From assembly GCA_012514125.1 (NCBI GenBank), contig JAAZAW010000288.1, forward strand, positions 1 to 36,317: DNA of 36,317 nucleotides, given 5' to 3'. The stretch comes from Phycisphaerae bacterium (GTDB taxonomy: Bacteria > Planctomycetota > Phycisphaerae > JAAYCJ01). The first letter of the stretch is position 1. Each line of letters starts with the position of its first letter. Below the pieces are notes generated by a model. The model made no database searches. It was not told where the DNA came from and saw only the letters and a program-made list of their open reading frames with translations. Made by a program: the position numbers and the translations under genes. Of this stretch, positions 24,640-33,119 are shown in pieces.

Positions 24640-27000
24640 ATGGCACGAACGAAACGAAATGATGTTCCGGCAGAAAAAAGTTATACCAAGAAACAGGTTT
24701 TCCTGAAACTGGCCAAAATAGCTCTTCTGGTTGTCGTCTGCGCATTTTTATGGATGAGCTGTTTTACCTTCGATTACGGCGACTGGCCTAACCCAAACAG
24801 CTATCCTCATAACGATCCGCTGGTCAACTGGTGCGGTCCGGCGGGAGCGTGGTTGTCCTATCAATTTTTTCATTTTTTGGGCCAAGGCTCCTGGGTCATC
24901 CTGTTTTTCTCGACCGTAGTCTCACTGATGTATGTTTCGGGACAATTAAATCATGGGACCTGGCTTCGCATTTCCGGCATGGTCATTTTGGTTTGTGTCA
25001 GTTCCTCGATTCTTTCTTTGGTCCATGCGCCCGGCAAAGCCGGTTTGCCCGAAGGCAGCGGTGGGGTGGTGGGGCTGTCTGCTGTTGAATTTCTTAAGCA
25101 ATACTTTTCGGGTTTTGGTTCCTCGCTTATCCTTTTATTGGGGTTGGCGATTGGTCTGATTCTGGCAGCCGATGAACTGGTTGTCTACCTGCCTGCCTTT
25201 TTCCGCCGAGCCTGGGCGGGGTTGCGCGTGCTGGTGGTTACTTTTGCCCAGCCCAGATTGCCTGTCAAGCCGTCCGCGGGACCTAAAAAGGTCAAGGCGT
25301 TGGCTGTTCCGAAAAACACAGCTATGGAGGAGGATGAAACGGCCGACGCGGCGCAGGATGTTGAAATATCCGAAGCGGAGGACGAAGTTTCGGCAGAGGC
25401 CGACGTGTCGTTTCCGCTTGAGAAGGTCGAGCCGAAAATTTTTGTGGCCCGCGCGCTGACTCAGACACCGCCGCGAAAAGATAAGCCCAGTGTGCCCAAG
25501 GAATTAGGCGATTGGGGACTGCCGCCCATCGATCTGTTGAGCAATGAGCGCAACGAATTTCCGCCCGACCACGAAGAGCAGATTCGCGAAAAAGCCCGCA
25601 TCCTTGAGCGAACCCTCAAAGAGTTCAGAATCGAAGCGGTTGTGGTGGAAATCGATACCGGGCCTGTCGTTACGATGTTTGAGCTTCAAATCGGCCCGGG
25701 CATCAAGGTTCAGAGTATCATCGATCGTTCAAAAGACATGGCGAGAACCCTCAAAGCGCCGGCGGTTCGCGTTGTCGCCCCGATTCCGGGCAAAAATACG
25801 ATCGGGATCGAGGTTCCGAATACCGAAAAGCAGCCTGTTCGTCTCCGTGAACTGATGGATCTTGCGGGCAACGTTCCCGATCGGATGGAAATACCGGTTT
25901 TTCTGGGGAAAGACGCGAGCGGAAATCCGTTGGTCTGTGATTTGACCCGAATGCCGCACTCGCTGATCGCGGGGACGACCGGCAGCGGTAAGAGCGTTTG
26001 CATTAATAGTATTATATTATCAATTCTTTTGACGCAGCGGCCCGACAATGTCAAAATGATCATGGTTGACCCGAAGATGGTCGAAATGAGCATTTTCAAG
26101 GAAGTTCCGCACCTGATGTGTCCGGTGATCACCGATGTGGACAAAGCCCAGGCGATTTTGGAGTGGCTGGTGCAGAAAATGGAAGAGCGTTATGCCATTT
26201 TGTCGGAGGCCCAGGTTCGTAACATCCAGGATTACAATAAATTAGGCCGCGAGGTTCTGCTTGATCGCATGAGTCCCACCGATGAGGAGGAAGCCAATCG
26301 TATTTGCACGCGGCTTCCTTACATTGTTTTGATTATCGACGAATTGGCGGATTTGATGATGGTCAGCCCGAAGGAAGTCGAATTGTGTCTGGCGCGTCTG
26401 GCGCAAAAGAGCCGGGCGGTCGGTATTCATATGATTCTGGCGACGCAGCGTCCGGAAGCCAAGGTTGTGACCGGGTTGATCAAATCCAACCTGCCTTCGC
26501 GAATCGCATTTCGCGTTAACAGCCGGCTCGATTCTCGAATCGTTCTGGACCAGAACGGGGCGGAAGACCTGCTTGGCCAGGGCGATATGCTCTTTTTGCC
26601 GCCGGGAAAGGGTAAGCCGGACCGCGCGCAGGGGACGCTGGTTGACGACGGCGAACTTCGACGGGTGTTGAAATTTCTGGCGGAAAAGGCGCAACCGCAG
26701 TTCAATGAAGAACTTATGCAAATCGGCAAAGTCGATCTGGCGGCGGGTGAACGTGATGAAATGTTCGATGACGCAGTCAGGATTGTCCTCGCGTCCCGTC
26801 GTGGAAGCGTTTCGTTGCTCCAGAGAAAACTGGCGATTGGTTATTCCCGCGCATCGCGTCTTATCGAGCAGATGGGGGTGGCGGGCATCGTCGGCGATTA
26901 CAAAGGTTCGCAGGCACGAGAGGTGATGATGACGCTGGAAGAATACGAAGATCTCAGAAGCTCGATGAACCAGGAAGTTTCGGACGGGATGACGGATTAG
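24640..27000 (+). CDS. ftsK: DNA translocase FtsK
   Basis: 786 aa. N-terminal TM helices, an acidic linker, the motor domain with Walker A GTTGSGKSV, and a C-terminal gamma winged-helix (SVSLLQRKLAIGYSRASRLIEQM). Confidence 0.93.
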   Translation: MARTKRNDVPAEKSYTKKQVFLKLAKIALLVVVCAFLWMSCFTFDYGDWPNPNSYPHNDPLVNWCGPAGAWLSYQFFHFLGQGSWVILFFSTVVSLMYVSGQLNHGTWLRISGMVILVCVSSSILSLVHAPGKAGLPEGSGGVVGLSAVEFLKQYFSGFGSSLILLLGLAIGLILAADELVVYLPAFFRRAWAGLRVLVVTFAQPRLPVKPSAGPKKVKALAVPKNTAMEEDETADAAQDVEISEAEDEVSAEADVSFPLEKVEPKIFVARALTQTPPRKDKPSVPKELGDWGLPPIDLLSNERNEFPPDHEEQIREKARILERTLKEFRIEAVVVEIDTGPVVTMFELQIGPGIKVQSIIDRSKDMARTLKAPAVRVVAPIPGKNTIGIEVPNTEKQPVRLRELMDLAGNVPDRMEIPVFLGKDASGNPLVCDLTRMPHSLIAGTTGSGKSVCINSIILSILLTQRPDNVKMIMVDPKMVEMSIFKEVPHLMCPVITDVDKAQAILEWLVQKMEERYAILSEAQVRNIQDYNKLGREVLLDRMSPTDEEEANRICTRLPYIVLIIDELADLMMVSPKEVELCLARLAQKSRAVGIHMILATQRPEAKVVTGLIKSNLPSRIAFRVNSRLDSRIVLDQNGAEDLLGQGDMLFLPPGKGKPDRAQGTLVDDGELRRVLKFLAEKAQPQFNEELMQIGKVDLAAGERDEMFDDAVRIVLASRRGSVSLLQRKLAIGYSRASRLIEQMGVAGIVGDYKGSQAREVMMTLEEYEDLRSSMNQEVSDGMTD

Positions 27001-27168
27001 AGAAAAAGTCGAAAGAAGTCTGGAAGAGTCGCGGAAGCCGGAAGCTTCGATTCGATAATTTTTTTAAAAACTTCGATTCTCTGCTTGCCTATTGGGCTAT
27101 TGTTAATTATGATATTTGTTTTCTATGGATTGAAAGTCTTGTAATAGATATAGACAGGAGATTTGCTC

Positions 27169-27483
27169 GTGTACGCAATAATTGAAGATGGCGGAAGACA
27201 ATATAAAGTGGAAGAAGGTCAGATTCTTGATGTCGATGTTCGCCCGATAGCGGAAGGTGTCGATACGATTGAATTTGATCGGGTTCTGCTGGTTGGCCAA
27301 GGCGCGGATTCTAAGGTCGGTACGCCGGTTGTCGATGGCGCCAAGGTTTTGGCGAAGATTCAGGATCATGTCAAAGGTCCGAAACTTGATATGCTGCACT
27401 TTATTCGCCGAAAAGGTCATGTGACCCACAAAGGCCATCGGCAGAATCATATCCGAGTTCAGATCGAAAAGATTGTTGGCTAA
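27169..27483 (+). CDS. rplU: 50S ribosomal protein L21
   Basis: (M)YAIIEDGGRQYKVEEGQ is the conserved L21 N-terminus. GTG at 27169 with an AGGAG RBS 9 nt upstream. Confidence 0.9.
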   Translation: MYAIIEDGGRQYKVEEGQILDVDVRPIAEGVDTIEFDRVLLVGQGADSKVGTPVVDGAKVLAKIQDHVKGPKLDMLHFIRRKGHVTHKGHRQNHIRVQIEKIVG

Positions 27484-27510
27484 TAAAGATTGCAGATAGC
27501 AGTAATATTG

Positions 27511-27546
27511 AAATAGCACACCATTAACGTGGTGTGCTATTTTTTG
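27511..27546 (+). terminator. Rho-independent terminator after rplU
   Basis: AAATAGCACACC-ATTAACGT-GGTGTGCTATTT: a 9-12 bp perfect stem with an 8-nt loop, running into TTTTT. Confidence 0.8.
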
Positions 27547-27572
27547 TGCCTGCGTACCGCGTTTCGCAATTA

Positions 27573-27719
27573 ATACGCTTTTGATTTAATAGTGTCGTAG
27601 TTTCGGACCCTGAGCCTGTCGAAGGGTCTTTTGCTTGCTTACGCCATGTCGCTTCGACAGGCTCAGCGACCGAAATTTTGACGTTTTTATGTTACGACAA
27701 TATTAAATCAAAAGCGTAT
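27573..27719. mobile_element. MITE/REP-like palindromic element, best-preserved copy (147 bp)
   Basis: Perfect 19-bp terminal inverted repeats: ATACGCTTTTGATTTAATA at 27573-27591 and TATTAAATCAAAAGCGTAT at 27701-27719. The inner arms are also mutually complementary (GTGTCGTAGTTTCGG..CCGAAA..TACGACA; CCTGAGCCTGTCGAAG..CTTCGACAGGCTCAG). It has no coding capacity. Confidence 0.6.
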
Positions 27720-27774
27720 AAGGGGCGAAAATTTTGGTCCTTGAGGAAATATCGCCATGTGCAATTTATTTGCG

Positions 27775-27802
27775 GAAGACCCTTCGGAGGCTCAGGGTCC
27801 GG
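27775..27802. repeat. Fragment of the same element family (GAAGACCCTTCGGAGGCTCAGGGTCCGG)
   Basis: Matches the AAGACCCTTCGACAGGCTCAGGGTCCG core seen at 3076-3102. Confidence 0.5.
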
Positions 27803-28012
27803 TTTTTCTACTTTTTTAACCCTTTAATTCCGAAGTGGTACGGAGTGTATGTCATGGGCTTGGGAGCGAGAAGTCGGGTCCGATAATGTATAATTATTCA
27901 ATATTGATGGGGGTGTTATGGTGGGTTGTATTCTTTGCTTAAACCTGTTAGAATAGGGGCGGAAATAAGATCGCAGCTGCAGCGGTCTTCAGGGTAAAAA
28001 GGAAAGAGCAAG

Positions 28013-28510
28013 ATGCACGAGTATCGGGGAAAAACCGAAGAAGGCCGCGTTGGTGTTCAATTCAGGAAAAGCCGCGTTGGGCAGAGCCATTTTTCATCCA
28101 GGGCAGGAAGGCTGATGAGGGATGAAAGTCCATCGATTCTTCCTCGCGGCGTGGGTCGTCATCGAGGGTTATCGTCGGAGGATCCTGTGCAGCGGGAGTT
28201 TGCCGCAGCGGTTTCACAGGCGATGGAGGGATCGTTGATTCGCTATTCGAAGAGGCTTGAATTGATGGCGTTGGCGGAGCGTCTGGGGATCGGGCGGTTC
28301 GAGGCGAATCTTTTGATTGCGCAGGTTCAGCAGAGGACGGGGGGGGCGGATGAGATTCTGATTCATGAGTCATTGGATGAGTCACGTGAGAAACGATCAT
28401 CGGAGACCCAGGAAACGGACGGCAAGGATACTTTATTTTTGCTGGCGGCGTTGTTTATCATTTCGGCACTTGTGGATATGGTGCTGGTGAAGATATTTTT
28501 TTCGGGTTAG
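28013..28510 (+). CDS. Hypothetical tail-anchored membrane protein
   Basis: 165 aa. AAGGAAAGAG RBS, a basic N-terminus and a single C-terminal hydrophobic helix (TLFLLAALFIISALVDMVLVKIFF). No recognised domain. Confidence 0.5.
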   Translation: MHEYRGKTEEGRVGVQFRKSRVGQSHFSSRAGRLMRDESPSILPRGVGRHRGLSSEDPVQREFAAAVSQAMEGSLIRYSKRLELMALAERLGIGRFEANLLIAQVQQRTGGADEILIHESLDESREKRSSETQETDGKDTLFLLAALFIISALVDMVLVKIFFSG

Positions 28511-28526
28511 AATGGAGGTAAAGGAG

Positions 28527-29573
28527 TTAACCTCCTTTGGAGCGGACGGCTTCGACGAGGGCTTGGGGGATACGTTCGAGGGGTGTGATTTTTTGAACGG
28601 CGTTGCAGGCGATAGCTTCGCGGGGCATGCCGAAAACGACGCAGCTTTCTTCGTCCTGGGCGATATTAAACGCTCCTGCCTGCCGCATGGCGAGCATGGC
28701 TGATGCGCCGTCGTTTCCCATTCCTGTCAGCATGACTCCAATGGCTTTGGGTCCGACCGTTTGGGCTACAGAATTAAAGAGGACTTCCACACTTGGGCAT
28801 TGATGACAGACGGGTTCTCCCTGTTGTGCGAGGGCCCGATATCCGGACATTTTTTTCAGGACGGTCATGTGTTTTCCACCGCGTGCGATGAGGGCGAGTC
28901 CTGGGCGAAGATCGATTATGGAATTACATTCCTGAACGGTCAGTTGCGAGATGGAGTTTAAGGTCGCGGCGAAGGGGCCGGTGAAGGCTTCGGGCATGTG
29001 CTGAACGATGACGATGGGGGGCATGTTGGCGGGTAGTTTTGAAAGGATGTATCGGAGCGCTTCGGTTCCGCCTGTGGAGGCTCCGATGGCGATGAGAATG
29101 TCTTTTGCCGCGTTAGCGCCGAGATTGTTTTCGACGACGGGACCTGGGACGAAGTTGACGGTTCTGTGTTTTGAGACGGCGGCGGCTTTGATTTTGAAGG
29201 CGAGTTCTTCGATGACTCGGTTTAAGGCGAGAAAGGATCCCCCGCCGGGTTTTTGCATGATTTCCACGGCTCCCCGCCGGAGAGCTTCCATAGCCATTCT
29301 GCTTCCGTCGGAGGTTAATGTCGAAAGCATGACGACGGGAACGGGATAGAATTTTTGCAGGACCGATAAAAAGGTGATGCCGTCCATTTTGGGCATTTCG
29401 ACGTCGAGGGTGAGAACGTCGGGTTTAAGCTGAAGGATCAGCGGTTTGGCTTCGATGGGATCGGCGGCGCAGGCGACAACTTCGATGGCAGGGTCTTTGG
29501 GCAGTTCTTTTTGAAGGACCTGCCGGATAAGCATCGAATCGTCCACTACCATGACTCGAATTTTCTTAGCCAT
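28527..29573 (-). CDS. cheB: Chemotaxis response regulator protein-glutamate methylesterase CheB
   Basis: The REC domain (IRVMVVDDS...LTLDVEMPKMDG) plus a C-terminal methylesterase (IGASTGG, DGASAM) match CheB architecture. Confidence 0.92.
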   Translation of the reverse strand: MAKKIRVMVVDDSMLIRQVLQKELPKDPAIEVVACAADPIEAKPLILQLKPDVLTLDVEMPKMDGITFLSVLQKFYPVPVVMLSTLTSDGSRMAMEALRRGAVEIMQKPGGGSFLALNRVIEELAFKIKAAAVSKHRTVNFVPGPVVENNLGANAAKDILIAIGASTGGTEALRYILSKLPANMPPIVIVQHMPEAFTGPFAATLNSISQLTVQECNSIIDLRPGLALIARGGKHMTVLKKMSGYRALAQQGEPVCHQCPSVEVLFNSVAQTVGPKAIGVMLTGMGNDGASAMLAMRQAGAFNIAQDEESCVVFGMPREAIACNAVQKITPLERIPQALVEAVRSKGG

Positions 29574-29578
29574 TTTGG

Positions 29579-30430
29579 TTAACCTTTTTGCCTGTAAATG
29601 GTTGGTTTGACGTACTCGAGTTTATGGCGAAGGCCGTTGAGACTTTCGGAATGGCCTACGATGAGGTAGCCGTTGGGACGAATATGCTGAGCCATTCGGT
29701 TGATGACGGATTCCTGGGTTGGTCGGTCGAAATAAATCATGACGTTCCGGCAGAAGATGTAATCGAAGCCGAACTTGAAGGGGTATTGCGGAGTCATGAG
29801 GTTAAAATAGGCGAAGGTGATGTATTTGCTGATTTCGGGCGAAATTTCGTAGAGTGACGAAGATTTGCCGATGTGGCGAAAGGCGTGTCGGCGATATTCG
29901 TCGGGGACGGATTTGATTTTTTGGGCGTCATATTGGCCTGCGCAGGCTTGGGCGAGGATTTTTTGTGAAATATCGGTGGCCAGGATTTTGGCGTTGATGG
30001 AGGGGTACTCTTTTAAGATTTTATTGATCACCATGGCCAGGGTGTAGGGTTCCTCGCCGCTGGAACAGGCGGCGGACCAGATTCGGAGGGTATATTGTTT
30101 TTCGTCCCATTTTTCGGATTTGATTCGGGAAACGAGCGACTCGGCGAGAAAATCGAAATGGTCCGATTCGCGGAAGAAGAAGGTGGTATTGGTTGAAATG
30201 GCGTCGATCAGATGAGTGATTTCCTCGTTGTTTGTTTCGGAGTCGAGATGTCGGAAATAGTCCCGAAATCCGGCGAAGGATTCGGAGCGAATTCTTTTGG
30301 CCAGGCGTGCCTGGACGAGATGTTGACGATTTGAGCCCAGGTTTATTCCGGCACGTTCATAGACCAGTTTTCTGACGCGTTCGTATTCTTCGGTTGTGAT
30401 TTCAATGTCCGGTAATGTATCCGCAGGCAT
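29579..30430 (-). CDS. cheR: Chemotaxis protein methyltransferase CheR
   Basis: IWSAACSSGEEPYTLAM SAM-binding block and FFRE motif. The ATG at 30430 has a GGAGG RBS 8 nt upstream and gives 283 aa. The ORF-track N-terminal extension reads through repeats and the 3' end of the upstream gene. Confidence 0.9.
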   Translation of the reverse strand: MPADTLPDIEITTEEYERVRKLVYERAGINLGSNRQHLVQARLAKRIRSESFAGFRDYFRHLDSETNNEEITHLIDAISTNTTFFFRESDHFDFLAESLVSRIKSEKWDEKQYTLRIWSAACSSGEEPYTLAMVINKILKEYPSINAKILATDISQKILAQACAGQYDAQKIKSVPDEYRRHAFRHIGKSSSLYEISPEISKYITFAYFNLMTPQYPFKFGFDYIFCRNVMIYFDRPTQESVINRMAQHIRPNGYLIVGHSESLNGLRHKLEYVKPTIYRQKG

Positions 30431-30502
30431 TGTTGACGCCTCCATTATTCGTAGCTTAAAGTTCCAGGATTCATTATCGGTCGATTTGGGGGTGGGGTTG
30501 AA

Positions 30503-30550
30503 GGTGAAGTGGAGAGTTAGAAGTTGGAAGATGGAAGTTGGAAGAGGAGG
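30503..30550. repeat. Heptamer array GGTGAAG TGGAGA GTTAGAA GTTGGAA GATGGAA GTTGGAA GAGGAGG (plus-strand reading)
   Basis: Read directly. It lies between the minus-strand PHP gene and cheR, so here the GTTGGAA strand is antisense to transcription. Confidence 0.8.
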
Positions 30551-30603
30551 AGAGTTTAATGGTCTGAGACGTTTTGGGGATTTTTGGGGAAAGGACGGAT
30601 TTT

Positions 30604-31407
30604 TTAGAGGATTGATAGGGGACGCGGTTGCGGGATTCGGTTTTCGAAGGTGTGATATTCGGTAAAGTCGAGGTCCAGCAGCATTTTTTCGGCGCGATCG
30701 AAATTTTTTCCCATTTGATCGGGTTGATGCGCATCGCTGCTGATGCTCAGGAGTCGGCCTCCCATTTGGCGATACCATTGAAGGACCTGCGGATGAGGAA
30801 AACTGCGGTCGGCTTGGGAGCGAAACCCGGAGAGATTGACTTCCAGGGCGATTTTTCGGTCGATGATGGTTTGGAGAATGGTTTGGATTTGTTTTTTGAA
30901 ATCGTCGGGGCGATAGGGAGGATAATTGCGTTGGGTGGTGTAACGGTCGAAATAGTCCAGGTGGGCCAGGACGTCGATGTTGGCGTGGGCGGCCATGTCG
31001 AGGGTGAAGTCGAAGAACATTTCGATACCTTCAGCGGGTGAATAGACGTCGAAGAGATTCGAGTGTACGCCGTAGCGATGCATGAAATGGACCGAGCCGA
31101 TGACGATATCGAGGGGATAATTCATGATGGGGCGAACATCGTCAGGGAACAAGTGCGGCTCGCCGAGTTCGACGCCGTGGCGAATGGTAATTTGGTCGCC
31201 GAATCGCCGGCGGGCATCGAGAGTTTGTTGCCAGGCTTTGTCGGCGACGTAGTATCCGGCGGTTGGGTCCAGCGGGTTGAAATCCGCATGATCGGTAATG
31301 GCGATGGTGTCCAGACCCAGAGCGATAGCTTGTCGGACCATGTCGTCCATGGTGCCCGGGGCGTCGTTTGATAAGGTTGTATGTAAATGAAAGTCGGTTT
31401 TTATCAT
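30604..31407 (-). CDS. PHP-domain phosphoesterase (HisJ-type histidinol-phosphatase family)
   Basis: MIKTDFHLHTTLSNDA..., AITDHADF and SSDAH are the PHP metal-binding motifs; 267 aa is family-typical. Confidence 0.8.
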   Translation of the reverse strand: MIKTDFHLHTTLSNDAPGTMDDMVRQAIALGLDTIAITDHADFNPLDPTAGYYVADKAWQQTLDARRRFGDQITIRHGVELGEPHLFPDDVRPIMNYPLDIVIGSVHFMHRYGVHSNLFDVYSPAEGIEMFFDFTLDMAAHANIDVLAHLDYFDRYTTQRNYPPYRPDDFKKQIQTILQTIIDRKIALEVNLSGFRSQADRSFPHPQVLQWYRQMGGRLLSISSDAHQPDQMGKNFDRAEKMLLDLDFTEYHTFENRIPQPRPLSIL

Positions 31408-31535
31408 TAAAGTCTCATAATAAAGATGGCAATCGTTGATAGAAGAATTACTTTGATAGCATGTTTCATATTATTGGAATTGTCAACTGTATTTGGGGGA
31501 ATTTTTATGCAGAAATGGGGACAGAAGAAGAGAAA

Positions 31536-31576
31536 AAGTGTGAAAGTGAGAAGGTGTGAAGGTAAGAAAAGTGAGG
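31536..31576. repeat. Short-period (about 8 nt) array GTGTGAAA GTGAGAAG GTGTGAAG GTAAGAAAA GTGAGG
   Basis: Read directly; a reverse-complement relative of 13895-13937. It sits in the divergent PHP/ctp intergenic region. Confidence 0.6.
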
Positions 31577-31730
31577 GCGGGGTTTGCGGGGGAGTTTGCA
31601 ACGAAATGGATTTTTGAAATAGTCTTTATCGGTGTACAATATCATATTACAATTAAACGATTGTCGGCTTAGGAACGATGAGTTTTTGATACGTGGGTGG
31701 ATGAGCGTTTGTTTTGGATAATGAATATCA

Positions 31731-33119
31731 ATGGTCGATGAGTTCAATGTTATGGCAAAAAGAAATCTGGTTTGGATATTGGCGGTGATATTGCTGATTA
31801 TGCTGTTCTGGCAGATGCCCGATGCGGCGAATCGCAAAGACACGTTTTATCAGACGTTTATCCCGCTGGCGGATATCAGTTCGCAGGTAAAGAAGAATTA
31901 TGTGGAGCCGGTTGACGACGAAAAACTGCTCGAAGGGGCGATTCAGGGAATGCTCCAGAAGCTTGACCCGTTTTCGCGATATATTCCCCCGTCGGAGCTG
32001 GCGAACTTTGATAATCAGACAACGGGAACGATTCAGGGGATCGGGATATTCCCGGAAGAACGGTCGGAGTTTTTGACGGTGTTGAGTCCGCTGGAAGATT
32101 CGCCTGCCTTCAAGGCGGGGATCTTGCCGGGCGACCAGATTTTGCGGATCGACGGTCAGACGACGAAAAATATGACGTGGGAAGACGCCGCAAAACTGTT
32201 GGCGGGCGAAGTGGGCAGCAAGTTGACGCTTGAGGTGCGGCATGAGCTTACGGGCGTGATCGAACAAATCACCGTGGTTCGCGATACGATCCATGTTTTC
32301 AGCGTGAAAGGATATGTGCGTAATCGGGATGGGGCGTGGGATTACAGGATCGATCCTGAAAATAAAATCGGATATATTCGAATAACGAGTTTTTTGACGA
32401 ATACGTGGGATGAGCTGGACCAGGCGTATCATCAGTTGATCCGGCAGGGGGCCAGGGGAGTGATTCTGGATCTGCGATTCAATCCGGGCGGGCTGCTCGA
32501 TACGGCGGTCAAGGTGGCGGATCGATTTTTGAATGAAGGGATTATTGTATCGACGAAGGGGAAATTTCAGGAGGAAGTCGTCTGGCGTGCGACGCCGGAA
32601 AATACGTATTCGCCGCTTCCGCTGGTGGTGTTGGTGAATAATTACACTGCCAGTGCGGCGGAGATCGTTTCCGGGGCGCTTAAGGATCATAAGCGTGCGA
32701 CGGTGATCGGAGTTCGGACGTATGGCAAGGGCAGTGTGCAGAAATTGATATCGCTGGAGAACGGATATGGGGCGATCAAGCTGACGACGGCGTATTATTA
32801 TTTGCCGAACGGGCAAAATATTCATCGTCGGCCTGGTGATAAGATTTGGGGAGTCGAGCCTGATATGATCGTGCCGGTGAGTGTGGAAGAACAACTCGCG
32901 ATCAAGGATTCGCGAAGAAAGGCGGATGTTTTTTGGGGAAAATTGCCGGACACGATGGCGGCGGACGATAAGAAGATGGATAAGTGCAAACCTGTGCCGT
33001 TATGGATCGATACGCAATTGAAGGCGGCGATCGATGTCCTGACGGAAACGTTGACGACAAAGTCGAACGAAGAGTCGCAGGCACAAATTTTGGAGACAAG
33101 AGTTTCGGGTGATGAATAA
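31731..33119 (+). CDS. ctp: S41-family carboxy-terminal processing peptidase (PDZ-containing)
   Basis: N-terminal signal/TM segment (NLVWILAVILLIMLF), PDZ (GILPGDQILRIDG), and catalytic blocks GVILDLRFNPGGLL, TASAAEIVSGALKD and TYGKGSVQ. An alternative start is at 31752. Confidence 0.88.
   Translation: MVDEFNVMAKRNLVWILAVILLIMLFWQMPDAANRKDTFYQTFIPLADISSQVKKNYVEPVDDEKLLEGAIQGMLQKLDPFSRYIPPSELANFDNQTTGTIQGIGIFPEERSEFLTVLSPLEDSPAFKAGILPGDQILRIDGQTTKNMTWEDAAKLLAGEVGSKLTLEVRHELTGVIEQITVVRDTIHVFSVKGYVRNRDGAWDYRIDPENKIGYIRITSFLTNTWDELDQAYHQLIRQGARGVILDLRFNPGGLLDTAVKVADRFLNEGIIVSTKGKFQEEVVWRATPENTYSPLPLVVLVNNYTASAAEIVSGALKDHKRATVIGVRTYGKGSVQKLISLENGYGAIKLTTAYYYLPNGQNIHRRPGDKIWGVEPDMIVPVSVEEQLAIKDSRRKADVFWGKLPDTMAADDKKMDKCKPVPLWIDTQLKAAIDVLTETLTTKSNEESQAQILETRVSGDE

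Noticed and set aside
27103-27519. 138-aa minus-strand ORF
   Set aside because: It is antisense to the unmistakable rplU gene, and its translation is AT-rich and low-complexity.
30431-30778. N-terminal extension of the cheR ORF (399-aa version)
   Set aside because: The extension translates through the heptamer repeat tract and overlaps the 3' end of the PHP gene. The ATG at 30430 has a GGAGG RBS and gives a family-typical 283-aa CheR.
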